DNA of 64,000 nt from Calcarisporiella thermophila CBS 279.70 (lineage: Eukaryota > Fungi > Calcarisporiellomycota), in NCBI RefSeq assembly GCF_041956535.1, contig NW_027192194.1:1282567-1346566 (forward strand), read 5' to 3'. Position 1 is the stretch's first letter. Each line of letters opens with the position of its first letter. The notes under the pieces are model-generated. The model did no database searches. It saw nothing but the letters and a program-made list of their open reading frames with translations, and was not told the origin of the DNA. A program made the position numbers and the translations under genes. Positions 1 to 13,570 of this stretch are shown here, one piece after another.

Positions 1-1665
1 CAACTCGTTTAAATGCACGGGCACCACACCCCAAGCCCCTTGCACGAAAAACTGCAGCATGAAGGCTCCAAACTGAAGCAGCCCGATGTTCTCGCGGGGG
101 AGCACCCACAGCGGGATGAAGCATCCCCCCAGGAACGCACAGATGATGATGGCGCGACGACGGCCGAAATACTGCGAGTAGTAGCCGAGCAGGGTGCCCC
201 CGACAATGGCGCCAAGATTGGCAAGAACCATGGTGACCGTGAGCTGATTTTCATCGAGCCCAACCTAGTGCAGCCAGGGGGAGAGGGGAGAGAATTAACG
301 CGTTGTTATTTGTTGACGAGGCATCGTCGAGAGCATCGGATCGAGTTGGATTGGATCCGAGAGGGACGTACCTGAGATCGCAGGAAGGAGGGGTAGAGGT
401 CTTGGCTCCCGTGGGACATGAAGTTGAAAAGCGTCATCAGGACAATGCCATAGATGACGCGCAGCCAGTGCTTCTGGAAGACGGTCTTGACTTGCGTCAA
501 GTAGGAGATCTTCTTCATGCGCCTCTGTTGCTCCGTCTTGCGCCAGGTGTCGGACTGGATGGCATGGCATTCAAAATCAATCCGGTTAGCTTAGGGTTGT
601 GCAGAGAAAGAGAGTTTGAAGCTTAACCATACTTCTGGGACAAAGAATCGGATTAGGATGGTCAGGAGGGCGGGTGCGGCACCAATATAGAATAGCGGAC
701 GCCATCCATTCGCCTCGATGTTCACGGCACGAGCAATCACGGTCTATAGATGGCAACCCGGCGATGAGCCGATGGGTGATGCAGGGAAAGAAGGGGAGAG
801 GAGAGATTGCTTACCGCAAGAAGATAGCCAAACGCATAGCCCTACATACCGATACAATAAGCCAAAATGGAAAAGATTAGGAGGTGCTTTTGGGCAGCAA
901 AAGAGCTTGGAATCCTAACCTGCTGCAGAATGCCACTGTAGAGTCCTCTGCACTCAGCAGGCAGGACCTCCATAGACAGACTGGCGCCTAGCGCCCATTC
1001 GCCCCCCATGGCTACTCCAAACAGGCTGTTGGCATCGGAAAGGGTCAATAAGCCATCCTCAAAAGCCACGGCCAGCGAGCCGTATGTCCTCCACCTACCC
1101 TCTTAGTACGATGAACGTTTCCCAGTTGGGAGCAAATCCCGAGGCAAGCTCAAAGGCGGAGTAGAGGATGATATCTAGCATGAGCGGACCCCGTCTGCCA
1201 AAGCGATCCGCGAGCGCCCCAAATATGAGCGCACCGATGGGACGAAGCATGAGGGTGGTGGTGATGGCCCCGGTCACCTCTGAGATGGGGCGATTGTTGA
1301 ATTCCTTGGCAATGTACGAAATGGTCAAGCTGACGGTGAAGAAGTCAAAGGCGTCTAATAGAGAAAAAGCCGGATAAAAGTTAGATTCCGAATGTCATGG
1401 CTGGGCGGCCAATCCATCTACCTAGCGTCCAGCCCAAAAAAGCAGCTAGAAATGTAAGATGCTGTTGCCGATTCAGTTTCGCAATCAAGCGGAAGGGATT
1501 TTCGGGCTTTTCGTCTAAACGCAGAGAGAACAAATCCCTGAGGCCACTGGTGCTCTTACTCTAGAGCCCCATCGGGAGAATCAGCGTGAGCCGGAGCATT
1601 CAGGAAGCAGGGGCAACCCACCTTTTCAACATGCTCGATTTGCTTTGCAGCAAACCCATGGCCAT
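1..1665 (-). CDS. JEN1: JEN1-type carboxylate/H+ symporter (MFS, SHS family), multi-exon, 3' end runs off the window
   Basis: Spliced translation gives FLAAFLGWTL|DAFDFFTVS, LRPIGALIFGALADRFGRR, AMGGEW, SGILQQ, FNFMSHGSQDLYP and GVVPVHLNEL, all typical of JEN1/SHS transporters. GT-AG introns; ATG at 1665. Confidence 0.9.
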
Positions 1666-2044
1666 TGTCTCCCCGTTCAGCAGTAGCAGGATCCGCCATC
1701 AGTGCGAGAAAATCAAATAGGGAAGAGTTATGGACAACTAACTGGCAGATATAGATGGTCGGAGTTCAAAAGCATGAACCGACTGGAATTTTCACAATGC
1801 GATTATGCGCAGGACTTGGCGGGGTTCATCTCGCCCTCATTGGGATTCTCTTGGAGCGCTCATCTGTTCTCGTGGGAAGCCCAGCCTCCAACTCAGCCCG
1901 CTGCCCCTCTCGTCATCCCCGCTCCTCCCCTTTGTGACACGCAATTTAGCTCTGGTCACGGGGAAAATCTCTCGGCATTCAAGGGTCTTTATTGATTGGA
2001 ACAGAAGTCGGCGCTAGATCCATTGCAGCCGAAAGAATATATAA

Positions 2045-5000
2045 TCAAGTGAAATAGGACATCCTCGTCTCGATCCGCCAGGCGTTTGTATAGTACCTAA
2101 CGTAGGCACGCAAAAAAGGGGCCCAACCGCGCCGCGGTTAGTTTAAAGCACTACTCCTACTCGCACTCTTGGATACATACCCGGTGGCCAGGATTCCCCC
2201 CGCTCCCTTCCAGTCCATCTCCTTTCCCACGACCACTAAGAAACACAGGAAAAGTGGGCCAGTCAGCCTAAATCCAATGACCGGTATGGGAAAAGAGGGG
2301 CCATTCAGCAGCTTACCAAATTCTGGCAGCATCATGCTCGTTCTGCGTGGGAACATGCGCGCAGCCCGCTGCACCCCGGCTACGTCCGTGCCCACGATTC
2401 TGAGGGCAAGCCGCTCGCTCCCTAGGGGCTCCAGGTAGAGGGCTCCAAGGCCTGGGCCGGAGTACTCTCGTTCGCCGACGTGAAGGACCCCCTCGGTCAT
2501 GGACAAAGGGGGCTCGAACGCCTGCTCACCGCGCCTCTCCGCCACCCCAACATAGATGATGTTGCCTTTCGCCTCGGGTCGCTGGGATTTCTCGCTCTGC
2601 ACCACGATCTCGCTGTCAATACCCCCATACAGGTATAGATCGTGGGCTATAGTCTGTGCCATGCGAAGATAGTCGGGGTCTTCTGCCGTAATGATGAGGA
2701 CGGGGCCGGCCGATTCGAGAATGCGGACAATGGGCCCATACGTACCGGGGTGTCTTTCTTGGGAGCGCCAGCTCTCATCGGCAGTGTGCTACGTCCAGAG
2801 GAGAGTATTCGGTGAGACCAAATCGTCAATGGATAAACAGATCAAATATATCGGCCAAACTCTACCCTCCATTTCCCCTCCTCTCTCACCAACCATCCCC
2901 CCTGCAGCACATTGCCACTTAGTTCCGTCCCATCCACCACGATCCCTTGTATCGGCCCTCTTCGCCCCTCCTCGGTAGGCTCGAAGGCCAAGCGCCGGAC
3001 ATTGGTTGTGTTGATGGCCATGCGGCCCCCGGTGGCTTCCACCTCCACCTTCCCCAAACGAAAAGGTATTTCGAGCTGCTCAACACGCACCCCCCCCTTG
3101 CTTCCCGTGTACGCTGGATTGAGGACCGAAAGGGTGAAGCGTGAGGGGAAACTTGGCATGCCTTGCGCGACCTGCCGATCAATATAGGCCTGCATAAAGT
3201 CGTCATCCATAACGGTATCGAACCAATGGCTCTGGTCAGGAACCTCGGACATTCTACAAGAGTTTGGGTTTTTTGTGCAGGGTTAAGGCTATGGGTAGGG
3301 AGGGGGGAGTTCTAGCGATATTTACCTCACTGGCGCGCTTATATTATGTGAGTGCTCAATGGCCAGTCGGACCAATTTGCGCGAATTCCAAGGAGGCACG
3401 TTATCGTCGATGGCGCCAGCCCTCGCGAGGATCGGTAATCCCACCAAATTCGACGTGTGCCGGTCCGCATCGTCCTGCGCAACCGCGCTCTGCAGAATGC
3501 CCAAGAGCATGGGATCGACGTGAGAGATACCGGCCCAGAGGTAAAAGGGCACGTAGTCTCGCACCGTGAAACCCGCCGCCGGATTGGCTTAGAGAGTAAA
3601 GCGTCAGACAGGGTATCAGTGGATGCGAAGAGTAGGAACATTACCGGCTAAAACCAGATCGGGATAATGCGTGATAAATCGCCATGCGCCTTGTCCCCCA
3701 TTGCTATGCCCTGTGATAAAGAGCTTGTTTCCGTCTCCAACACTCTTCCACTGCTCCTTGAGCTGGGGCGGAATCCCTGGCATGTTCTTGATAAAATGGG
3801 CCAGAGCTCTGAGGACGTTGACTCGGCTCGCTCCGCCCCAGTCGAAGCCCCAGGGGGTGCGACCGGTAGGCTGCAAAACCCACATGTTCTTCTGCTGGCG
3901 ATAGGCGCTTGTCCAGAAGGGCATGGACGCTTCAACCCCGGCCCCATGAAGGGCGACGAGGATTGGGCTTGTGGAGACGCTGGGTTGAAGTGGGGGTCGT
4001 GCCATACAGTATTGGACGGTTCCATCCGAGTCAAGAAAAGTGAACTGGTAAGGCTCGCCCCAAGTACGCTTGGCTAGCATCACAGGGTGGGTTAGCACTT
4101 GGTAGGTGTGGGTTGGCGTGCGGAGATTGAAGGAGAGTTGGAGCGTAATATTTCCTTGGACAGCCAATCCTGAATCTGGAGGAGTGAACTTGACGGGGAT
4201 GAAGCGCTGTTGCGAGGGCGCAATACGCAAGGCTTGGTCATTCTCACGGAGCAGCTCCACTCTCAGGGGGGTCGAGTCGCCTACCACCTTGACCCCCGTC
4301 ACTTCTTCCCACTCACTCTCTAGATTGAGCAGCGGAAAGCGGCCCAGCTCGCCCGAGAGCACCGCGTTTTCTACCACCTCCGGCAAAATTGCGCCGTCGG
4401 GGGGAACCAGCGCTCTCACTTCAGAGGGGAGCCCGGTGAGGGTACACCCAAAGGTGACATTATTCATTCCATTCATCCCAAAAATCCTGATCTCGTTGAC
4501 GACCCGCACACGGATGGTGTGCTGACCAGGGGAAAGATGCAGGACGTGAGCAGCTGATTTGTAAGCATACCAGTCGCCGCTATACCGCTTGGAATCGACA
4601 TAGAATTCACCGACATTGAAGCAGCGCGCGACCACCTTGGCCACGTTTTGGGGAACCGTGAACGTGCTACGCGCCCAGGATTGGAATTGCGACGATGCCC
4701 AGCCGAAGGGGATGCGGTTGAAATCCCACCTATTCAGATAGCGTTAGTTTGGTTGTTTTTGCTTACTCTCTCCCCAGGAGTAGTGTGTTGAAAATGGGGC
4801 CCAGCAAGAGGTACTACGCACCGCACGTTATCATATTTTACCGGTCCAACGGTTTCCCGGTCCGACATCGTGTTCACCTTCATCCAAGTGGTGAAGCCTC
4901 CATCCACCAATTCTGAAGGGTACATATCGCTCGGGTTATACGACAATGAGTCAATCCCCCCGAATGCCTCTAGAGGGTCGGCGCCAAAATCCTGCTCGCG

Positions 5001-5298
5001 CATCCCAGTCGGAAATGGGCCCAGCACCTAGCCATTAGGAGATATCGTGTTTTAGGCTTATTATACAAAGAGCATGAGAAGGTTCATAGTCTTGCTGAAT
5101 TACCTCCCATTCTGAGGGTAAGAGATTGACGCCGGTCATTGCTTCCTCTCTTTGAGGCTGTGGTTGTATCCCTGTTATGCATAAAGGGTCAATAAAGAGT
5201 CAACGCAATGGACAGACACGCGTACCATCACTTGGGAACGCCAAAAAACTAAGCAATAGCACGAAAAAGATCATAATTAATACAGTGTTAGATAGCAT
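2045..5298 (-). CDS. Large secreted alpha/beta-hydrolase-fold protein (S9 peptidase/esterase-like), multi-exon
   Basis: Signal peptide MLSNTVLIMIFFVLLLSFLAFPSDG; LHGAGV, GHSNGG nucleophile elbow, DDNVP and HWFD catalytic-type motifs. Last exon GYYTNAWRIETRMSYFT* ends at 2045. Confidence 0.75.
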
Positions 5299-5554
5299 GA
5301 GGATGGCCACGACTCCCAACCTTTTAAATAGTGGGCCACAAATGACCGCTTCAGGGAACAGAGGGAAAAAAAAATTACTGATTATTTTGCCACTCCCCCA
5401 AATTCCTCGGCATCTTAAATTCCTTCCCCCTTACTGGCGAGCGAAAAGAAAACGCCGTCACATTGTGACACGTCGACGAGGTTGCATCGCAATAAGGTTA
5501 TAGCCAGTTGGGCATGGGAATGAGAGCACTTTATTTACACTATGCAAATACACA

Positions 5555-6962
5555 CTAGAGTTTCTCCCCGAGCAGCTGCTCCCGCTTATGCCACCGCACA
5601 ATCTCCTCGTACACAGTCCATGCGATCGACGAGTTTAGGGTTTTGCGTAATAGCCGCATCGACAAGCCGTCAAAGAAGCCGATGAATCCTTCCTCCCGGT
5701 ACACCTTGGCGGCCGACTTCCACGTGTTCGTGTACACCTGGGGCCTTAGTTGCATGCGTGTCTTCAGCATGTCAAAGGGATGGGTGATCAGGGTTGCGGA
5801 AATTCCCGCGATGACTCCTAGTTGGTTCGGAAAAGCAGTCAATAAGTGCCCGCCTCGTAATGAAGGGGGGAACAGAGTAACACTCTACCTGACGACATGT
5901 GCACCGCAGCAGGAGCGACATCGATCGAGCGCGTTGAAGCGTATGCTATGGGAGGAGGAGGAGGAGGAGGAGGGGAGAGAGTGAGAAGAAGTTCGAGCTT
6001 CAACACAACATGCTTCTAGCTCTTACAACTAAGGTGCCGTTTCATCGCCTCGTAGAACAGCACATAGATTCCCGCAAAGGGTGCATCGCGCATAGCGGTT
6101 GCCCCGTATCCCGCAAACAGTCCTATAAAGACGCATGTAACTAGGAGGATACAGCTTGTTCAAAAGAACGCTCCATTTACCCTTGATACCCTCCTGTCTA
6201 ACTATGGACGTCAGCGCATCGTATATGTTTCTATAATTGTAAAAGTTGCTCTATTCCGGTGCAAAATGAAAATGCAAAAGTTAAATTGCTTGGTCACTTC
6301 GTGCCCATGCTGAAAAACGTATCTACCTCATATCGTACTTTCACGATCGTGATCGGCATCAGCAAGAATCCCACCAGGGCTCGTGCTGTGGCACCCGCCA
6401 CAAGATTTTCTCGATTAGATAGTGTGCCCGAGGGACGATGCTGCAGAAAGAATTGCCGAATTTCATTTAGCGTAAAGAAGTACAGGGAAGATCCAGGCAC
6501 ATTTCTAATGAAAACGCGAAATGAAGTAGCAGGAGAATGAGCGGGTAATATTGGAGGAGTGATTTTTCTTTTCCGCAGCGCTTACCTGACTATCGTTGGA
6601 ATGGTTCCTCTCCAGAGTCCGAGGGCACTTTCATTCTTAATAATGGATTGTACGGTTGTATACAGTGTACTATTATCAAGAGGGGGAGGGAGGGAGAAAA
6701 AAAAGGGGAAGGGAGAGAAGGAGAAATTATTCCATGCCCCTTACGAATCGATACGAGCAAAAATATCACACCTGTTATAAGGTGTAATTCCCTTTGTCCC
6801 ATTGGCGGCCGCTTCGCGAAGAAATGCTAGGTGCTGTTGCCGCTGTTGCTGAAGGCGAGTTTTCAAAAGGTCGAGCGGCTGTAGTATGACGCAGGCGGCT
6901 AGGCCAGAGGTAGCACCAGCAAAGAGATGCACCGCGGGATCCACCTTCTTTTTTTCCGTCAT
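5555..6962 (-). CDS. HEM25: Mitochondrial carrier, glycine importer SLC25A38/Hem25 type
   Basis: Three carrier signatures ([34 protein letters not shown]) plus RDAPFAG and [18 protein letters not shown], characteristic of the Hem25/SLC25A38 subfamily. Confidence 0.88.
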
Positions 6963-7195
6963 GAGGGCTTTTGAATTTAGGCTTGAATGGGTTGAGAAGT
7001 CGGAAATAGCACCGAGTTTGTATATATATATAGAGCTTGGTGATCCCGTCATGATTGTCAGATTGACTCGAATTCCGACGAGGCGCAGAAGGGGGGGGGA
7101 GGATTCTGACAAGAATTCGGAAAATTTTTGGTCCTTATTTACTCAACTGGACTACATCCGATAGATCGAGGAAGCACCGCCTAGAGCTAGACACG

Positions 7196-8474
7196 ATGAG
7201 CGACTCAGAACGTAAGCAATAAAAAGATTAACCACCACCTCCAGTCCATTCTGCCCTATATCGCACCTGCCCTTGGAATTTCGTTTTTTGATTGATATGG
7301 ACCTCCATCTCAACGCTTTCCATCTGTTCCTATAGAGCAAAATGGCTACAATGAGGACAGCCGCTCCCCCACACCACGCGGGCCCTCCCCAGTTCAACAC
7401 AGCCAACGCCGAAGCGCATCTCCAGATGAAAAAGATCACCATGCGCGAGAGAGAAGCCCCGAGAGAACTAGGGATGGCTGGGAAGGATCGCTATCGCCTG
7501 AACGCGAAAGAGAGCGATCACCTATGAGAGGACGCGACCACGACAGGAGGGACTACGAGAGGTAATTCTTAGAGGATCGACGGAAGTGGCGGTCCCTAAT
7601 TGATCGATCCACCGTGTTCTGTATTTATATTTATTCATATATGCTTTCTTGTTCTAAAGAGGAAGATCCGCCGAGAATCCCGGCAATAATCTCCACGTGT
7701 CAAATATCTCATCTCGGGTTGAAAAACATGAGTTGGAAGAGATGTTCTCAGAAGCTGGCAAGGTAATGGCGCATTTTGTAATTCGTCCCCCTCCCTTGCC
7801 CCGATTGGGTGCTGAATTTTATTTGCATTAGGTTGAAAAAGTAGAGATTGTGACCGACCCCCACACTCGGGAAAAACGTGGATTCGCATTCGTGCGCATG
7901 GAGACCATGGAGGAGGCCGAAAAGGCGATCGAGCTGCTAAGCGGGGCGCAGTTACATGGGCGCACCATCACAGTGTCGAAGGTACTTTGGAATTTTTTTT
8001 TATGAGGATCTTTTTGAATGGGCTACTTAAATTGGCTTCGATGTAGGCCCGACGATCGAGAGCGCGAACCCCGACACCAGGTCGCTACAATGGCCCAACT
8101 TTCAGTAGGCGAATCCTTTAGTATGGATGGTTTATCAGGTTTTTATATATATTTTTGCATTTTATTTTTTTTTAGCTGCTCGTAACCCTAGGGACCGCTT
8201 CACCCATGCCTACATCCCCCGGGGATCTCGCTATGATGACTACCATTACCGCCGCCCTCCCCGCGACGATCGTTATCGCGGCGGTGACTCCTATGGGGGC
8301 TATTATGGTGGCCGAGAACGAGACTATGGACGCGAGCGAGGTTGGCCGGATCGAGATTATGGGCGAGAGCGAGACTACGGGCGGGAGCGCGACTATGGTC
8401 GCGGCTACGACGAGAGATACAGGCGGGACTATATGGGACGGGGTTACGATGATAGGTACCGCCGCGATTATTAG
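7196..8474 (+). CDS. Tra2-like SR splicing factor (RS region, RRM, RD/RY-rich tail)
   Basis: ATG 7196 (MSDSE|Q), RSP-rich exon, RRM GNNLHVSNISSR...RGFAFVRM, then ARRSRARTPTPGRYNGP as in Tra2, and RERDYG repeats to the stop at 8474. Confidence 0.82.
8315..8470 (+). repeat. Coding tandem repeat (RERDYG / RGYDxRYRRDY)
   Basis: Repeated 18-nt units such as cgagaacgagactatgga, cgagagcgagactacggg and cgggagcgcgactatggt. Confidence 0.7.
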
Positions 8475-8841
8475 TGGGTCAAAGGCGAGACACGATTTCG
8501 CTTCCACTTAAAAAGAGCCAAAGCAACCATGAGCTGTGTATGGATTTCAAGGTCCCCTCCCCCTCCCTAGGTGCAGTCTCTTTAATCTCTCTTTTATTCA
8601 TGCATGCTAGTTCAGATATTAATAAATAATAAAAGGATTGTTTTGTATTTACGTAATTTGCTAGGGGGGAGTGTGATTAAACTGAGGTGGAAAGTAGATA
8701 TGTATAAAATAACAATAGCCATTGTAAAGAGGATGGATAAATAGTAGGAACAAGAAACAATTAATACTACATACACATGATTAGAGTGACCAAGAGAGAA
8801 GAGGAGGAGGAGGGAGGGGGGGGGGGGAGGAAGAGGAGGGC

Positions 8842-11513
8842 TTAGATTAGAGATTTTAAGATGTCCACAAACCACGGGCGCTCCTCGCTCGCGACCGGAA
8901 CGACCACGTGGCTGAGGAGGGCGGGGTTCTGCTGCAGGTGCTGCAACGAATCCGTACGCTGTCGACCGATGTGGAAGTGATTCTGCTCAAGGTCGGGGCC
9001 ATACCCGTGGCTACCATGGTGGTGGAAGTACGCGTTGGCCGGGGGGGGAAGGGGGCGCGAAGGCATTGTTTTTGGCGCCATGCTCATCGTCTCCTGCGGC
9101 GTCTGCCTTCTCCAGCCGGGTCTGCAGCTGCTTGGGCAACTCCTTTTGGCTTAAGCGAATGGGCGCGAAGAGGTTCGACACCGGGCTGGTTTTGGGGGGA
9201 GTGTTGACGAGGGCGTGGAAGGTTTGGAAGAGGGAGAAGGGGACCACACACACGTTGTCCGATATAGCACGCGAGTTGAGGGCATGGTGAAGCGGTATAA
9301 TGGCCTTGAAGAGGAGGGAGTAGGAGCGGTTGGCCAGCGGGATGATTTCGGGGTGGAGCGTCGCCTCGGCGGACACGACGGTGTCGCCGAATTGCTTCCC
9401 TAGCTTTTCGACGCTGAGGGCCGCGCTGTAGGCAAAGAGGCTGCGAAGCCGGTGGAGGCTGGGGTCGGAGTTGGGCGCCGGGCCGCCGGCCAGATGGCGC
9501 ACCTCGCGCAGCGCACTGATCACCTCGGGGAGGGCCAGCCCCTGCAGGGACTGGGCCATCTGGCGCAGCTCGGCCACCGAGTCGAACTCCTGCGATTTTT
9601 CCTCAGGGCTGAAGTCCGGGGGCAGAATCTCCACGGTCGGCACTCTGGCTCTCGAGTCAGCATCGGCGAGGACGTGCAGGCCGCCCGCCAGGGTGGGCCA
9701 GACGATGAAGGCACTCGCGAACACACTGCCGGGCAGGTAGTCGGGCCGCTTCAGTCCGTACGTGACGAACCGGTTCATGTCCTGGAACGACTTTTGCAGG
9801 ACCGAGCCGGGCACCTGGAGGAGAGGGCTGACGTTGCGGGCCATGATGTCGGCGGGGCCGAAGCGGAAGCCGCGCGACGTAAAGTGGTCGGGGCCGTAGC
9901 GGTCGCTCGATTGGATTCGGCGGAGCAGGAAGAGCATTTGGCCCTTGCCCTCGGGGAGCATGACGTTGTGCAGCGTGGCCAGAGCCTTCTCCGAGTCCAC
10001 CTCCGGCTCCAGCGTCTGTTTGCCGTCCTTGGCCGGGACATTCCCACGCATGTAGCCGGTGGTGAGCATCTGGTCGTAGAGGACGCCGGCGTTGCCGAGG
10101 GGGACACCGAGCTCATCGGCAAGGCGCTCCGCCGTCACGTGGAACTTCTTGAGGAAGCTTACGTCGCGTTCGCGAGCCCCCTCCTTCTCCAGCTTGGCGA
10201 GGTCGCTGCGGAAGGCGCCCCAGCTCCAGGAGGTTTTGAAGAGGAACTGGAAGAGTGGGTGGGCGGGGGTGAGCTCGGCGTCGGAGCCCTGCTGGTAGAA
10301 CTCGTTGTCGATGGTGCGGACGGGGATCATGCCGTCGTTGTACACGAGGATGCGGCCGTGCTCGTCGAAGTACGCGCAAGCAAGCACGATCTTCTTGACC
10401 CGAGACTTGAGCTTGCGCGCACGATGGTTGGCCACCAGCGCCAGCGTCAGCAGGATCAGGCAACCCGAGGTGGCGATGCCGGCGATGAAACCGACCACGG
10501 AGTTGGGGGGGAGCACGGGGCCGACGTCCAGGTTCCTGTTCTCCCCGTTCGTCCAGTAGTGGGTGGCGCTCATGCCGCAGTAGTGCATGCCGCACACGGC
10601 GACGCCCATGATCAGGGCGCAGCCGAAGCGTTTGATCCACAGATCCTTCCACCGCGACTTGAGGTAGAAGAAAATGACGAGGGCGGCGCTGAGGGCCGTG
10701 ACTCCGATGAAGAACGAGGCCACCACAGCGCCGACGTCATAGTAGATGCGGTAATGGGCGATGGCAAATTGGCCGACGTAGTGCTGCACATGAAGAAGAG
10801 AACGTTAGGTTTGTCGTAACATAGTCTTGGCAGTCATGCAGATATCAACTTACCATACTGGGAATTCCGAGCTATTGAGTGCAGGGGGAGGGGGGAGGAT
10901 GGATTCAAAGGCAAATGAAGAGTTGAGTTAGCATACACAGATTTGTTAGAACGGAATGGAAACCCCTCACGGTTACATACCCCGGCCAGGATACCGACAA
11001 GGCCAATACGCATCAGCGAGGCGTCCTCGACGCTACCCACGAAGTAGAATGCTATGCCGACGCAGAAGACGGCGACGAAGAACGATAGAAGCGTGTAGCC
11101 GGGGGTGTAGATGAGCTGGAGAGTGGTCGCGGGGTTTTCGCCGAGCACTAGAGCGTTATTTCCGATGAAGTGCTAGATTGGATTGGGAAAGTAACAGAGC
11201 GCAGAGCGTAGGCAAGTAAGAAACAGCTATGGATAAGCGCCTCTCCTCTCTACACAGACAAAGAACCATGCGGTCAGCTTACCATCGACCAGATCCCGCA
11301 GCCGCCCAGCGACAGGGCGGCTCCGAAGAGCAGGAGCCAGTTCTGCCATCCCTTCCGGGCGCTACGGCGGTGGAGCAGCTCGAGGGTGGTGAAGGAGCCG
11401 ATGACGGAGACGATGTAGGAGAGCACGATGATGGCGGGCTGGAAGCGCTGCGAGACTTCATGCCACTCCTCGTCGGGAGATGTGGCGGCGGCGAGTTGCG
11501 AGAGATCGACCAT
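8842..11513 (-). CDS. Fungal MHYT-domain membrane sensor protein with a long cytoplasmic C-terminus; apparent frameshift at a G8 run near the 3' end
   Basis: Three MHYT-type motifs (GIWSM|HFIG, GIPSM|HYVG, AVCGMHYCGM) in a multi-TM N-terminus, an 18-nt microexon LGIPSM at about 10854-10871, and the C-terminal block VLACAYFDEHGRILV. Coding-like codon usage continues in another frame to the stop at 8842. Confidence 0.85.
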
Positions 11514-12188
11514 CCTGGTCTTTCGCACAGAAGATGAAAGCAAGGATAATGAGGGAGGGGAATAGAGGGGAGGTTTCCGGAGAGTCGGAAAGAAAAGAAA
11601 GGAGAGGAGAGGCAAGAGGATCGAGAAATTTATTCTAACCGCAATTTATTGCTAAATGAACCGATCGAAATACCAGAATCAATATTATTAAGTCAAAATG
11701 AGCCTGTGGTACGCACTCTGAAACCATGTGTCTGGTTGATAAAGACCAAAAACCTGAGCAATGGGGCCGGCGCAGGGCCGTGGCCAGAAATAGCAACCGT
11801 AGGAACCTTTTTTGAGGCCCAGAAACCAGCCCGAGCGTTCGCCAGTGATCTTCCACGGCTTGCTTGGACCAGACCCAGAAAGTGGCCGCCCTCTGACCAA
11901 CCACCTGGGCGAGTGGTGACGCTGCCGGCCCAATTTGTGCATGGAGGTTTGGTAAGCGGTGGGTGGGGCCGGCCCAGCTTTCCCTGCACGGTGGTCACGC
12001 TTACCGAGCAAGGAGCCTCGGCCCCCATTGGTTCCGGCACGGAGCATGGCCTCGGCCAGCGCTGGCCATAATAGGGAGGCCAATGTTTCAATTTAATGCC
12101 GTTGGGCTGCCGAATGATTCGATTTCCTCTCCCCGTACCTATTCGCCGATTTCTAGCCCCTCGTGCCGAATACAGCCCCCCTCCCGGA

Positions 12189-13570
12189 ATGCGAATCTTG
12201 GTCCTTGGTTCGAGATGTTTACGAGAGGAGTACAAAATCCTTGAAGACAACCACGAAGTCACGGTACCTCTCCCTGCTAAGGATCCTCTGGGGGGCCTGC
12301 TAGCCACCCAGCCCTCGTGATGATGCTCTAACCCTCCCCCCTCTGCCCTAGTATGTGGACGTCCGGCAGCTCGACATGGCTCGGGACCGGCTCTTGCACG
12401 TCATCCGGGAGACCCAAGCGGACGTACTCCTGCGGACCTATGTTCCGGCATGGAACATGTCTTGGAGGGTGAGGCTTGATGCTGGAACATGTTAACAAAT
12501 ACTAATCACACGTGCCACCTTTCGACTAACGGTTTAGTTTGACGAGGAATTCATCGCGAGCCTGCCCCCATCCGTCAGGCTCATCGCTCTCTCCACCGCC
12601 GGCGCGGAGTCCACGCATCTGAGAGCGTGCAGGGAGCGCGGCATTCTGGTCAGTCATTCGGGCGGGGCCAACAGTGCTGGTATGAGCCCGACATTCCCAC
12701 GCGACAGGGTGTCCGTGGTGCGTACTCACTGGTCTTTGTGCGTGTATTGACATAGCAACGGCCGACACGACTCTCTACCTGCTGCTCTCCTCAGTCCTGA
12801 GGATGCCCCGAGCACACCACCAGCTGTCACAAGGTGACCTGACGCTTTTCGTAAGCACCGCCTCCACCGGTGTTTAACCCCACACCACATTCCTAATATA
12901 GGCAGGTGGAGTCAAGCCTATGAAACTCCTCGAGGCTTGAGCGAGCTCACTCTTGGCATCGTCGGTATGGGCCATATTGGCAAAGTAAGCACGCTGCTTC
13001 CAGCACTCGATGTCTGGAGCCTTCCCCTCCTCTTTCCTGCTCGTTTCTCACCCTCTCCCCTCTCTCAACTAGCAAGTGGCTTATCGTGCAAAAGCCTTCG
13101 GCCTCCGCCTCCATTACTACTCCCCCACCCCCTTGTCTGCCGAGGAGGAGCAGTCGCTTGCCCTCACCTTCGCCCCGCTCGACACGCTGCTGCGCACCTC
13201 CGACGTCATCACCCTGCACGTTCCCCTCACCCGCGCCACCTACCACCTGATCGATGCGGCCGCCCTGGCGAAAATGAAGCGCGGCGCCGTGCTCATCAAC
13301 ACCAGTCGAGGCAAGATTGTGGACGAGGAGGCCCTGGTGGCTGCGCTGGAGAGCGAGCACCTGGGAGCCGTCGGATTGGACGTGTACGAGCACGAGCCCC
13401 ACGTGCATCCCGGTTTGCTGGGGCGACAGAATGCCACGCTCCTGCCGCACATTGCCAGCTTCACCTCGGGCGCCTTCCGCAGCATGGAGAGAAGCGCGAT
13501 TGAGAACGTCCGGGCCTTTGCGGAGACGGGCAAACCCCTCCATCCTATCAAGTACCAGGAGCAGCCGTAG
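12189..13570 (+). CDS. D-isomer-specific 2-hydroxyacid dehydrogenase (glyoxylate reductase-like)
   Basis: TLGIVGMGHIG Rossmann motif, SDVITLHVPL, LINTSRG, GLDVYEHEP and LLPHIAS. Multi-exon from ATG 12189. Confidence 0.9.

Noticed and set aside
9452-10819. 455-aa plus-strand ORF and other long overlapping ORFs
   Set aside because: Antisense shadow of the GC-rich MHYT exon, with no ATG-led domain or recognisable motif.
11635-12320. Several 90-200-aa ORFs between the MHYT and dehydrogenase genes
   Set aside because: GC-rich divergent promoter region. The ORFs overlap on both strands, mostly start at non-ATG codons and show no protein-like features.
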